From assembly GCA_963754925.1 (NCBI GenBank), contig CAVWHX010000003.1:672001-736000 (forward strand): DNA of 64,000 bases, in the 5' to 3' direction. This DNA is from an uncultured delta proteobacterium (GTDB taxonomy: Bacteria > Myxococcota > B64-G9). Below, piece by piece: positions 8,766 through 19,963 of this stretch. The notes under the pieces are model-generated. The model did no database searches. It saw only the letters and a list, made by a program, of their open reading frames with translations, and was not told the DNA's origin. The translations under genes and the position numbers were made by a program. Within the stretch, counting starts at the first letter, position 1; each line of letters opens with the position of its first letter.

Positions 8766-11700
8766 TCACCTTACCACAATAAGTTCGGGAACCCGCACCG
8801 GTTCATTCTTCACAATCCGCAAAAACTCAAGGGTGTCGAAAACATATTGAATTTTGATCTCACGCACATTCAGGTGCCTGAGATAACTGCTGTTCTCCGG
8901 AAAATCGCTGGCGGTAAACACCCGGGGGCCCCGGCTAAACTCGCCTCCAAATTGTTGAAATCCGCTCGGCCCGATATAGCGTTTGGAAAGCGGCTTGGGA
9001 TTGTCTTTGAAATACACGCTGAGAATCACATCGCCGCATACGTCGGGTTTCCAGGTGAATTGCTTCGAGACCCGGTACTGTAAGTTATCGAGACTTTGCT
9101 TGTCTCTATCACATTCAAGAACCAACACGGTTTCAAAAGGCTGCAGCGTGGCGTCTTTATTTGCCGTTGTCGGCAGCGCCTCGATCTTGACCACATACTC
9201 GGGTTTCGGCTCAGGTCCCTCGATATAGCGCCGGTTGATAAAGTCTAAAAACTGCTTCTGAAAAGGAAAGCGCTGGTTGAGAAACGCATTGGGGAAGTAA
9301 CCTTGCGGCCCCTTGCCGATAAAGGGAGCGGCCGGCCCCAGAACAAATTTCCATACAACGCCACTGATGGGATCGAGCAGGAACTTTCGCCTTTCCCGTT
9401 CGGGAACCGTTTGCACCTCCGCCAAAACGATAGCCTCCCATTTGGTCTGGAGTTCGTTGAGCACATCCTGCAGCGCAAATGACAAAACAAAATCCAGCGG
9501 TCCATACAACAGCTTCAGGTAGAGGTTGTCTTTGGAAGCGCTGGGGAAGACCCGCCGGTACCCCGACCATGCATTAAAGGCCGTTTGAATGGGCGACGTG
9601 GCGCTGTCGGTGAGGAGCTGCGTGTACATCTTCATGGCAGACTCAGACGAGGTGGTTACGGGCACCAATCCTTCAAGGGTTTTTCGGTATATTTTGTACC
9701 GGTCCGCCTCTTCAGCAATCTGCTCAAGCTGTGATACCGAATCCCCTTCGTTTTTAGGACGAAGTTTGTTGATGCCCGTCTTTATGGTATTGAGCGCTCC
9801 CTCAAGTTTATCGGCGCCCTCGGGCTTATCCGCCCATTTTTTCACGCTGGCATAATTCAATACCTGGGTAACCCATTCAGGCGGATTCGGAACGTTGTCT
9901 TTGAGAAAACCCAACTCGTCGTTCATTCTATCCAACAACTTAAAGTATGGATTGGGGTTCTTGGTGTCAGTCATCGCCTGGGCGGCTTGGCGTCGATCGT
10001 CCGGATCCGGGATTTTGATGTTCGCGGGCTCAAAACTCTCGGCGAATTGCTGCCAAGCCCTGATGTATTCGCTGTAGTATCTGTTTTCAAACGCTATCTT
10101 GCGATCGTTAATACTGTCGTCGGCAACGGCTTCCTCATACTGCTTGAGAAACCCCTGTATTTGTTTCCAGCCTTCTTTCGTAAAGGCGGGTGGCACTTCT
10201 TTGGCCTCGGACTGGACTTGTTGCGTCCAGAAATCGCCCAAGCGAACCGGTTTTATCTTTTGCAGATTGGCCCACTTGATCAGCCAAAAAAGATCCGTGC
10301 CTTTGCCGAGCGCGAGGTGTTTCAACGCATCCTTGAGGCGTGTACGCTCTTGCTCCAATAACTGCTTGTTCTGATTCCAGCGCAGGTACGTCAGGTAGAC
10401 CGGGAGAATATTCTTTCCCGCCAGATCTGGCACGAGGTTGGTGTCGACGCCAGACAAGACGGAAAAGAGCGTCGGCGGTATTTTTTCCTCGTCGCGCACT
10501 CCCTCACCGGCGATCATCTCTGATAGTATCGAGATACGGTTGCCGATGTGATCAACATAGGCGACAACCGTTTCTTCAGGCGTGTTTCGGGAAAAACCGC
10601 TGATGGTGTCCGCAATGGATTGATCCAAGCGATCGATCAAACCCTTGCGAACGACATCGCAATACTCTTTCTTAACGACCTTCCTCCATCCTAAGGCTCG
10701 CATCCAAACCCATGCGCGGAATAAACCACCCTTCGTTGAGGAACTGCAGCTCAATAATTTTTTTTCGATAGAGCCCGAGTAAGAGAACATCCTTGGTTAT
10801 TTCATTTGCCAATTTTGGCGATTGAGAAAAACCGGCCCTGAAGGTGCTAATAGTCGATACATTTTTTATAAACGAGAGAGTTAGAAATCCGGTGAGGAAC
10901 AAAAACACGGTCAGCCATGCCAGCAAGCCAAGGGTTCTCACCATTTTACGCCAACGGATAAACTCGGACGTCGGCGCTATCAAGTTGCGCGCTTCAGGAA
11001 GGATCTTGCGAAAAAAGTCTTTGAGGAAAATGCCCTTGAACGTCGGCGGACCCTTGTCCAGGGCGGACTGAAACGCGGCCAGCGAGCCGGGCAACGAACG
11101 AGCCCCGGATTCCTGCCGCGCCGAACAAAAGTAAATTCCCCGAAGCAGGGGCGGTTCTTGATAGGGATTCCGTTCGAAGATCGTTTCGACAAAGCGCGAC
11201 AACGTGGGTTTGAGTTTGACGATCTCATCCGGAAAGATCAACGCATCGGGATCCCCAGGCGGCTTTTTTTGCACGAGCAGCGTTCTTAATTCCTTGAGCC
11301 GCTCAGACACATAGGTAATGGTGTCTTCGACGTACTTGGTCGGCCTGGCGCTCGCCGATTGGGTCGAGCGACCCATGGCTTGATCCAGAATTTCATCGGG
11401 CAGAAGCTCACAGAACGATCCCATGCCGGGAATCTGATCTATCTTGGTGACCATGATAAAGACCGGAAACCGAGCGCCAAAAGCGCGCATGAGCTCGTCG
11501 ATGCGCCGCCGAATAAGCCGGCCGTGATCGGCCAGAACATCAGGATCGCTTGCGAGCAGCTTGTCCGCTCCCACACTCACCATGACCCCGTTTATCGGCT
11601 CTTTTTTTCGATACCGGGCAAGCAGCATCAAAAACTGGTGCCATTCGGCCTTGTCTTGGAGTTCGTCGATGGGAATGGTATAGCGACCCGTTGAATCAAG

Positions 11701-12198
11701 AACTATTACTTTTTCGAAAAACCACCAATCGCAGTTTTTGGTTCCGGCGCCGCCCGATTGACTGACGTCGATAAGCGCCGAATGAAGCCGAGTGCCCTTA
11801 ATGGCCGCGGTCTTTCCTGAACCGGCCTCCCCCATAATGAGGTACCACGGCAGCACGTACAACGGCTGACCCTGCTTTTTGAGCTGAGACCGACGGAGCG
11901 CATCGATGGCTTCTTTCCAGCGTTCATCGAGCAACTGCAGATTGCGCGTATCGGCACCGGAGACGCTCGCCATGGACGCGCTGTCGTCCGCGGTCACCCG
12001 TTTGACAAAGTTCTTCTCGCTTTTCCGAAAAAGCCACTTTTTGATAACAATCGCGCCGAGAACAATCCCGACCATGCCAAGACCGATTGCCAAGCCTGCC
12101 CACCAGGGCCAATTCATAACAAACGCTAGAACGACAATTCCCGCCACAACCGCTATGGCCAATGCCGCCAACAGAACAATCTTAACCATCTTACTCAT
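8766..12198 (-). CDS. tssM: T6SS membrane complex TssM/IcmF, split by a +1 frameshift near 10680 (about 1143 aa reconstructed)
   Basis: N-terminal TMs, LYVLPWYLIMGEAGSGKT, CDWWF, DSTGRY, LRGIYFCSARQ, then a TM. The downstream overlapping frame (KVVKKEY..., VPPAFTKEGW) supplies the periplasmic part. Confidence 0.9.
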
Positions 12199-12228
12199 GT
12201 GCCTACCCGAGCTGCTATAAAGAACCAG

Positions 12229-13422
12229 TTACTGCGTTGAGGAGAAAAAGTCGATAATGGTTTTATTCAACACCGATCGATAAATCCAAAACAGCACTAT
12301 CAATACGACGGGCGCGGCGACCGCTAAGAGGATATTCAACGTCGAAAGCTCTTTCCAAGATTTCCGGGTGTTCTTTTTTCGAGTATCAACCGCTTGACGC
12401 GGCGGAACATACTTGGGTTTGATGGGGGGTCGCGGCGGCGGCGCGGCATCCGCCGCCGGCATCACCACGGTCTTGTCGCCGGGAATACCCGAAGCGCCCA
12501 TTGAAAATGCCGAAGGAAGGGTAAAGGTAATGGTTGCTTTGCCGATGCGTATACGGTCTCCATTGGACAAGAGCGACTCGGAAATACGCTGGTCGTTGAC
12601 GAAGGTGCCGTTACCCGAATCCTGGTCGATGACATACCAGTTTTGGTTGCGGCGTTCGACTCTGGAATGGGATCGCGAAACCAGCGGATCCGCCACCACG
12701 ATGCTACAATCCAACGACCGACCGATGACCAACGAATCGCGAATCACCTCCACCGTTGAGCTTCCCGCCTCAGTCTCTACCTGCAATACCGGCGCCGAGC
12801 CGGATGCGGTTGACAGCTGGTAGCTCGACGTGGCCTGAACGCGGGAATCAGGTTCGAAGCCCGCATCTGCCTCGATGCGAACCAGACTCCTCACCCGTTG
12901 CAACCGGATAGGCGTGAGGAAAAGAGAGCCTTACCTAAAAACTTGGCCTCATCCATGTCACCTAAAAGCTGTTTTGAGTTTTTCGCTTTAAATTCCACCA
13001 AACGGCTTTCGCCATCGGACCCTAAAAAACGGCCCGGCAAAACCTAAGGACAGACAGTACGTAAATACCTCCCGAACTTCCCGTTGCTGGGGTCCCAGAC
13101 TGCCGAGCCGCGAGACAAATTCCTCGCCGGCGTTGGCGGTCTTGTAGAGCCGCCGCTGCAGCGGCTCTTTGAGCCATTGATTGCGGCCCTCCCAGGTTGA
13201 ACTTAAAATCTTCTCATCAACCCACGCACAGAGCGCAAAAATGGCATGATCGATATCGTCGTCGGAATAATTACGATCTATCTTCATTTCCTCGGCTCGC
13301 CCAAGCATTGTATCGATTTCTTGTCTAACCTTTGCGAAGGGGGGATCGCCGAGGTTATCCCGCGGCTTCGTCAGGTAGGTCACATAGGCGAAGATCTCTA
13401 TGAAGCAGTCTACCATGCGCAT
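12229..13422 (-). CDS. tssL: TssL/DotU with an apparent internal FHA domain and C-terminal TM (reconstructed across three +1 indels, about 396 aa)
   Basis: 13422-13035 is the DotU core (FALCAWVDE, PLQ, AGEEF, CLSLGFAG). The intermediate frames give GRFLGSDG... and LFPHAYP. 12903-12229 holds an FHA domain (IGRS, VSRSHS, DQDSGNGTFVN), a Pro-rich linker and a TM tail. The two track ORFs share the same frame. Confidence 0.7.
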
Positions 13423-13427
13423 TGCAG

Positions 13428-14789
13428 CTACTCCTCGAGCACAAAGATCTCCAACTTCACATCTTTCGGGGCGGTATCCCAATATAACGCGAGGGCCTCG
13501 GACTCAATCACGTCCTGCCAGAGCCGACTTCGCGTATCAATTTGGAAATAGTGGGTGTTCGGGCGTTGGGGTAAGCCGGATGGATAGCCGGGAGAATGTA
13601 TGAGCGGTATGCCGGTAATCGCCCGGGCGATCAGGGTGGGAAGATTCTTGGCGGTCCCCAACTTGGCCACCTGGCGCATGCCGCCGACGGCCGTCTTGGG
13701 ATCGGCGCTGGTCTGCATGGCAACCCAGAACTTGTTATGCCGGTCAAAGGCATCGCGCGGCATGGCGGTCGAGAAGTAGGTGCCGTCGTACTTCAAGCGG
13801 ATGACATGCGCCGGTCCGGCGATGATGGCGTCCAATAATTCACCAATCATGTCATGGACGTTTTTGAAGCATACACCCAGGTTGAGATGATCGTACGGTC
13901 CGACAACCAGGGTTCCATCGCTCCGTTCGCCGATGGCATGATATAATGCTGAAAACGTCGACAGCTCACCTGCCAACTGCCGCAACTGGGCATAGGCCCA
14001 CCAGGGACTCACCTGTTTGGTCTCGCTCATCTGAGAAAGCATCGGCACCTGGCGATTGAGAACATACAGCGCCAGCATCATGGTTTGCACTTCTTTGGGA
14101 TCCTTGTACTCTTCAAGCTGCTGACAGCGCGAAGCCACCTGATCGCGCACCTCTCGAAGCATCCTCGTCAAGACCTCGGATGAGCCGACGGTCAACGAGG
14201 GCGGAATGTAGATCTTCGATAGCGCGATCTCCTCGTTGTTCCGTTCGAGTTGGGCCACCGGGATAAAGGAGTAGTTATCCAGTTTCTCCTGCTCGGTGTC
14301 CCAAAAAATTCTCACCGCTTGGGTGAGCCGCTTGACCTTCGCCGGCGGACCCCCCGAATGAAGATCCACCACATCCTCGGGATCGGCGGTGGTCGCAAAA
14401 CGGGTGTTGACGCTGGCAATCTCATCTTCAGAGGAGACAACCGTGACGTTTTCGCCGGCCTCGTTCCACTTGCGCACCCCCAGGTAAACCATGAATGGTT
14501 TGTCGCCTTCAACCCAGGCATCCTGAAACGATCGCGGCTTGATCACGGTATTGCCCGGCACGACCGCATAGGTCCCATCGGGAAATAGAAATTCTCCTCC
14601 CAAAACCTCAAATTGCCGTGTCCCCAGGGCAGTCTCTTGAATGCGAATATCCCCTACTCCCCAAAAGAACGGATTGCCGTAATCCTGGAATGGTTGCAGC
14701 AGAGAGCCATAAAAGGTGTCGAGGATCTGAAAATGCTGGGGCTGAAGGAATAAGCCTTGGTGCCAAAAGACAGGTTTGATCGCCTTCAC
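13428..14789 (-). CDS. tssK: T6SS baseplate TssK
   Basis: VFWHQGLFLQPQHFQ N-terminus, YIPPSL, YDHLNLG.CF. Confidence 0.95.
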   Translation of the reverse strand: MKAIKPVFWHQGLFLQPQHFQILDTFYGSLLQPFQDYGNPFFWGVGDIRIQETALGTRQFEVLGGEFLFPDGTYAVVPGNTVIKPRSFQDAWVEGDKPFMVYLGVRKWNEAGENVTVVSSEDEIASVNTRFATTADPEDVVDLHSGGPPAKVKRLTQAVRIFWDTEQEKLDNYSFIPVAQLERNNEEIALSKIYIPPSLTVGSSEVLTRMLREVRDQVASRCQQLEEYKDPKEVQTMMLALYVLNRQVPMLSQMSETKQVSPWWAYAQLRQLAGELSTFSALYHAIGERSDGTLVVGPYDHLNLGVCFKNVHDMIGELLDAIIAGPAHVIRLKYDGTYFSTAMPRDAFDRHNKFWVAMQTSADPKTAVGGMRQVAKLGTAKNLPTLIARAITGIPLIHSPGYPSGLPQRPNTHYFQIDTRSRLWQDVIESEALALYWDTAPKDVKLEIFVLEE

Positions 14790-14810
14790 TGAATCACCTT
14801 CCTGGTAGAA

Positions 14811-15385
14811 TTATTCTTGGGGTTCTTCGCGGATGCCTTTTGGATTGAGCATCAAAGAAACCCGTAGTTTAGCGGGCCAGCGATACTTTTCCTTCCATCC
14901 CGCAAAACCTTCTCGATAGACGGTGACGGGGATTTTGTATAATTTATATGATTTCCCTGGTATCGGGTCATAGTACCCTGCCACCAACCCCACCACCAAT
15001 GTCCCTTTTTCCCGGTCGATCACAATCGATGTTACTTCACCAGGATTCACAATGGCCCGCTGGTAGGTCATCACCGAATCACCGAAGGAATTGCACGACA
15101 TCAACCGGGAAGTCCCTCATCGTTTTTCACCATTTCCTTGAACACATCCGGAACACTCAGTTGATAGACGCAGAGAACCAAGGTGTGCGGCTCGCCATTA
15201 TACTGATTCAGCATGGAATCAGCTTTGATATTGAGGACAATCGCCTCCGGTTCGGCCGGCGGTTCTTGGAGTACATTTTTGGGCACACTGGAACAGCCGA
15301 AAAGCAGTGACATCAGAGTGCATACCGTCAGGGCCGGAATCATTGCTTTCCCTCGAAAAGGTGTCATTCTAAACTCCTTGTCCAC
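14811..15385 (-). CDS. tssJ: T6SS lipoprotein TssJ, split by a -1 frameshift near 15105
   Basis: Lipobox LFGC, ADSMLNQYNGEPHTLVLCVYQL; the downstream frame has V.PGE and GLVAGYY; directly upstream of tssK. Confidence 0.85.
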
Positions 15386-15579
15386 CCAGTTTAGGTTTGT
15401 TTTCTTTCTATGTTGCGACTAAACGGGTTCCTCGTAAAATGCAAAGGTACATTTTTGTCCAGAGAAAAAACACAATTATCCAACGAGGTAGGTATATGTC
15501 ATATGATGAGAAATGTCAAACGATTCACCATCTGACGGAGTGGCTTTAAAACTCCCTCCAACTTCAAGGGTCCACCGCT

Positions 15580-15897
15580 TCAGGTGCCCGTAAGGGTTCG
15601 CCTTCGATACAAGAGCAATCGACCGGACTGCAGGGCTGATTCAATCCGGGAGATTACTATTTGAATCTCGTTGGTCGAAGGGGCATGGAGCATCGTGCCG
15701 CCGAGCGCCTGAATGTAGATATCCATGAGGGTTTGAACCTGGGGCCTTCCCGTCGATAGTACTTTTTGCAGAGAAGTCGGGGCCGCGACCGGTTCCAATC
15801 CACTGGGGACAGCTTGACCTTGCAAGTCTACGCTAGGAACGACAACGAATTCGCCGATATCACCGTAGAGAATCCACCGTCTAAAATGTGCTGACAT
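15580..15897 (-). CDS. Hypothetical protein (105 aa) between hcp and tssJ
   Basis: ATG with SD GGGGAG, co-oriented with the T6SS genes; no recognised domain. Confidence 0.55.
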   Translation of the reverse strand: MSAHFRRWILYGDIGEFVVVPSVDLQGQAVPSGLEPVAAPTSLQKVLSTGRPQVQTLMDIYIQALGGTMLHAPSTNEIQIVISRIESALQSGRLLLYRRRTLTGT

Positions 15898-16459
15898 GCA
15901 GCTCCCCTATATTCCATCCAACGTGTACCCCCTCAAAAGGACAACGCATCCCTATTGATCTTGCCCTTCGCCTGGTGATCACTATCCGCCTTAATGCTCT
16001 TTGAGTTTCCCGTCCACCTCTAACGTATACGTCGCATTCGACAAGTATTTTGTTAATAGAATAGTTATCAATCATTAAGTTCTTTGCATAACACCAAAAC
16101 CACCAAATTTACTGTTGATAAAATACCTTTTTCGAATGAATCCGTATCTTCTAATCTAATAATATTGATATCAGAATTCGGCAATCCCATTCCTCCAACT
16201 TTAGATTCAACAACACCGACCGTTTTTATTTTTGAGTTAGATATAATAATATCATTCGCCTGTAGAGACTCAAATGTTCAAAACAGCACTTCGCTCAAAT
16301 CAACTGAATTAACTGATTCATAACATGCGACAAAAAGAAAAAGGCGGGACGGAGGTTCAACAACAAAACAAGCGGCAAGACTTTCAACTCATCAAAATAT
16401 CATCACCGATACTATCCACCTCCGTCCCGGTGAAACCCTAACAGCCTCTGAGCAGCGTC

Positions 16460-16945
16460 TTAGACGCGGGACTGCCAATCGTCGGAAGCTTGCGTCTTGG
16501 CGGTCACATTGATCCAATCGATCTTCTGATAGGCAAAGGCCACTTCTTCCATGTCATAGAGCGGCTTGTTAACATCCAGAAGCGTCAGCGGCTTGGTGTG
16601 GCGAATGTGCACAATCTGCGCATTCTCCAGTTTGACGGTAAAATACGTCTCCTCAAGCCCCTTCTCGTTGATGCGGTGATAGTCCAACTGAACCGTCTTC
16701 AACCGCTCGCCGGTGGTGCATGCCTGATACAGCTGCGGCGAGGACTTGTCCACCCCCTTGGTGACAATAAAGGGATGGTGCAATCGACGGCCCGTGCGCT
16801 CGCCCGAGGCCTTGTCAAACGGCACCTCGATCTTGTGATCCACGCCATAGCAATGGATCCAATTCTCGTGCCCCTTCTGCCCGCAATCGCCAGCGATGTT
16901 TCCCTGCTTCTCACCTTCCAGTTTCAAATACCCTGTTAATGCCAT
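16460..16945 (-). CDS. hcp: T6SS tube protein Hcp/TssD
   Basis: GYLKLEGEKQG.I.G, G.R.HHPFIVTKGVDKSSPQLYQA, EEVAFAYQKIDW, DDW; 161 aa. Confidence 0.96.
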   Translation of the reverse strand: MALTGYLKLEGEKQGNIAGDCGQKGHENWIHCYGVDHKIEVPFDKASGERTGRRLHHPFIVTKGVDKSSPQLYQACTTGERLKTVQLDYHRINEKGLEETYFTVKLENAQIVHIRHTKPLTLLDVNKPLYDMEEVAFAYQKIDWINVTAKTQASDDWQSRV

Positions 16946-17003
16946 GACTGCTACTCCTTTCCGTTCACACCGTTAAAAAGTTATATACACCGAACGACAA
17001 CAC

Positions 17004-18575
17004 TCAACTCTTGTATATTGATAACGCTAATAACGGACTAATACGGGCGATGCGATCCAGGGTTTTGGCCGCCACTGCCTGCGATTGATCCTGCTTATCG
17101 TTGTTGAAACCCTGGTATACAATCTTCAAGACCGAGAGCGCCAAATCCGGATCCCATTCTTCGAGCGCATAGCGATCAAGTTGGTCGAGCAGCTCGCGCG
17201 CATGGAGCTGCGCAAGCTCTGGCTGGCCAATCGTGATAAAAAGCTGCGCCAATGCCATGCGCCACCGGAGGCGCACCTGGCCGGAGCTCGCCCGGGTGAG
17301 CGGGTCCTGGAGCAGCATCACCGCTTCGTTAAATTTCTTTCCCCGCGCCAAAAGCATTGCCTTTTCTAATGCAGCCGCCACCTCCGCAACCACCTCTGCG
17401 GAAGACGATCCCGGCGCCAGGACAACCTGTTCTGGCGCGCCTTCACCTTTCATCAACGTATTGATCCAAGAACGCGTTTCACTATCGGCAAACGGGGTTC
17501 CATCCGAGAACGTAAGTTTCTCAATCCCCACGAGTCGTCTCACAAACAAAGAAGTCTGTTGAGCAACGGCCTGTTGAGCGGCTTGATATTCGCCACCCAT
17601 GCGTCCCAACGTCTCGGCTGTCCAACGGCTGGGATCTATCCAAAAAAGATATTGTTGCACTTTTGCTTCTGACTCGATGATGACGGTCTTGTATTCCTTG
17701 TTGGCAATTAAAGCTTCGATCACCTGCCGAACATTAGACGCAGGCGGAGGGACAGGCGTCTTCTGCCCTTCAGCCATGGGCAGGCGGTCAACGGTGAACC
17801 AATTTGCGATGCGAAGGAGGTGATACGGCAATGGGTTCGCAATATCTTTTTGAAGCAATACATCCGCTGCACTGAGCAGCTGCTTCATACCAAACTCAAC
17901 CAGCTCGTTGGGGTCCTTGGGAATTTGAGCGACTGAAACCGCCGTCGAGGCCGAGGATGGCTTCTGCGCTCCCGCGGTAGACATCGATTGAGTCACATCG
18001 GCCGCTGACCCCGATTGCGACGACATTGGCGCTGCAGCTTCACTGGCAACCGGCCAAAGATTCACCATCTCCATAACCCGAGAGATTTTGGGTGCATCTT
18101 CTGTCTTTTCAACGAGAACCGAGTCGAGCTTCTCGAGGGCCGAGCGCAAATCAGTCAAGGTTTGTTCTTTTAGTGAATCAGGGGTCTTTGTTCCAAAACG
18201 ATTATCGACTCGTTTCATCCACCATTCAAAAGCATTGAGCCTTCCGCGTAATCGAGGGGGGAAAAGCGTATCCCAAAAGTTGGTCACGAGGTCGGTTAAT
18301 ATCTTTATCCCCGTTGAAAAACCCTCAACCCCATTTTTTTCCATCAGGCCCGCAGCCAAGTAAGAACCAACGATGATATCTTTAGATTTTTCTGAAAGGA
18401 TTAAGGTTCCCAATTTAATTACATTATCCCAGTCTATACTGCCTTTTGTCGCCGACGGGATAGAGAGCTTGTCAATCTCTGCTTGGATCTGCTCGTATTC
18501 TTTCTCATACCGAGCCTCTGCGCCGGCTGGATGCTCTTGACTGATAGGTTGTATTCCGAGCTCGAGAAGTTCCAT
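17004..18575 (-). CDS. tssA: T6SS TssA (ImpA_N plus VasJ-like C-terminus)
   Basis: QPIS.EHPAG..ARY, SKDI, FWDTLFPPRLRGR; C-terminal LFWID, LTFSDGTPFAD, LEEWDPDLA. Confidence 0.92.
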   Translation of the reverse strand: MELLELGIQPISQEHPAGAEARYEKEYEQIQAEIDKLSIPSATKGSIDWDNVIKLGTLILSEKSKDIIVGSYLAAGLMEKNGVEGFSTGIKILTDLVTNFWDTLFPPRLRGRLNAFEWWMKRVDNRFGTKTPDSLKEQTLTDLRSALEKLDSVLVEKTEDAPKISRVMEMVNLWPVASEAAAPMSSQSGSAADVTQSMSTAGAQKPSSASTAVSVAQIPKDPNELVEFGMKQLLSAADVLLQKDIANPLPYHLLRIANWFTVDRLPMAEGQKTPVPPPASNVRQVIEALIANKEYKTVIIESEAKVQQYLFWIDPSRWTAETLGRMGGEYQAAQQAVAQQTSLFVRRLVGIEKLTFSDGTPFADSETRSWINTLMKGEGAPEQVVLAPGSSSAEVVAEVAAALEKAMLLARGKKFNEAVMLLQDPLTRASSGQVRLRWRMALAQLFITIGQPELAQLHARELLDQLDRYALEEWDPDLALSVLKIVYQGFNNDKQDQSQAVAAKTLDRIARISPLLALSIYKS

Positions 18576-19003
18576 GTTTAATTAATAACTCAGTCCGGGG
18601 CATAAAGAATTATTCATGCCCCTAATGATTTTTGTTCCATACACAGTAACGATGTTCTATCAACAAAGCAGCGCCGTCAGAAGCACATACGCTCGGTCTT
18701 CACGAGAATTACCGCCGCAACTTCTCTTTTCACGAACGACGCCGCTCGTAAATTCACACATAACGCAGGTTTTACTAGTCAATGCTATACGCTTTTGATT
18801 CACAAAAGTCAATTTGATTTTTTCAATAGTTAATTACTTTATATATAGTATAATAGTTATAAAGCGACTACACATTGAATATACCCCAGTTAAGCGAACG
18901 CTAATCTCTATTCCTTATAAAATCAGATTGTTATCAAAAAACCTTGTTCTAAACTTTATATTCATCCTGGACAGTGCCATCTTCAAAAGGTATAGACTTT
19001 TTT

Positions 19004-19268
19004 TAGAGACTGTTAGCGAGCGAAGCGAGCTTACAGTCTCTTATCCCCGAAGGGGATTAGAGCTTTTGCGAGCGACTAGAGATTGTAGCGAGCGAAGCAA
19101 AGCTGAGCGAGGCGTACAATCTCTTGTCCCTTTAGGGGAGCGAGCTTACAGTCTCTTATCCCCGAAGGGGATAAGAAATTCTAACTTCGCTGTGCTCAGC
19201 AAGAATTTCTACATCCCCGAAGGGGATTAGAGCTTTGGTACAATAGATTCTTACCCCTAAAGGGATTA
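19004..19268. repeat. Cluster of double-hairpin REP/MITE-like repeats
   Basis: AGAGACTGT..ACAGTCTCT, AGAGATTGT..ACAATCTCT and AGAAATTCT..AGAATTTCT stems alternate with ATCCCCGAAGGGGAT (three exact copies) and variants. Confidence 0.85.
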
Positions 19269-19372
19269 AAGGAGGTCTGTGGGAGTTATTGACGATGAGA
19301 GGAAAACGTGCTTGACTCATTGAACATCTGAATTCTTTAGTGACTGACTCATTTACGTAAAGGATTACTAAT

Positions 19373-19963
19373 ATGAATCAGGTTATGTTACTCGTCATAA
19401 CCGTCTTAAGCACCTGGGTTGCGGGTGGTCAAATGCGGGATCGGCCCTCAGATCTATTGCAGGCACCGATGGCTCTTCCCGCTCTTAGCGAACTGGTTGA
19501 GCTTCCTCAGCTTTCTTTGAAAACACAAAAGCTCTCGGATGCATCCGACGTTGGCCAGGAAATTGACGAATCTGGATCAACATTCTCAAACGCTTCGGAA
19601 AAAATAAAATTAAAGAAAATGAAAGCCTCGGAAGAAGAATTTGCCAACCTGTCTTTCAAAGAACCAAACGAGGTAAAACCGTGGCGCGAACCTCTCGGCT
19701 GGAGCGCTGTCGGCGTAGGTAGTGCGGCAATCATAGCGGGAGTCGGATGTCTGATCGGTTGGTTGCTAGAAGACGGCAAGAAAAATCCAGACAATGACAA
19801 AATCGATAAGTTAAAAATATCTACAATTGTCTTGGCCAGCGCCGGGGCCGCGATACTTATAACCGGCATCGTGTTCCTTCTTTGGGAGGAATATGCGCCA
19901 ATTAAAACAAATGTAGCCGTTGGGCCAGGCTTTGCGGGTATGTCTGTCAGTGGAGCGTTTTAG
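19373..19963 (+). CDS. Exported/membrane protein with two C-terminal hydrophobic helices
   Basis: Signal-like N-terminus, two Gly-rich TM segments, and a C-terminal VAVGPGFAGMSVSGAF tail of the kind common in myxobacterial surface proteins. Confidence 0.75.
   Translation: MNQVMLLVITVLSTWVAGGQMRDRPSDLLQAPMALPALSELVELPQLSLKTQKLSDASDVGQEIDESGSTFSNASEKIKLKKMKASEEEFANLSFKEPNEVKPWREPLGWSAVGVGSAAIIAGVGCLIGWLLEDGKKNPDNDKIDKLKISTIVLASAGAAILITGIVFLLWEEYAPIKTNVAVGPGFAGMSVSGAF

Noticed and set aside
18974..18979. sigma54 promoter for tssA (minus-strand TGGCAC)
   Set aside because: No TTGC at the -12 position.
18814..19230. 138 aa ORF
   Set aside because: It runs through AT-rich promoter DNA and the palindromic repeats, has a TTG start and no SD; probably spurious.
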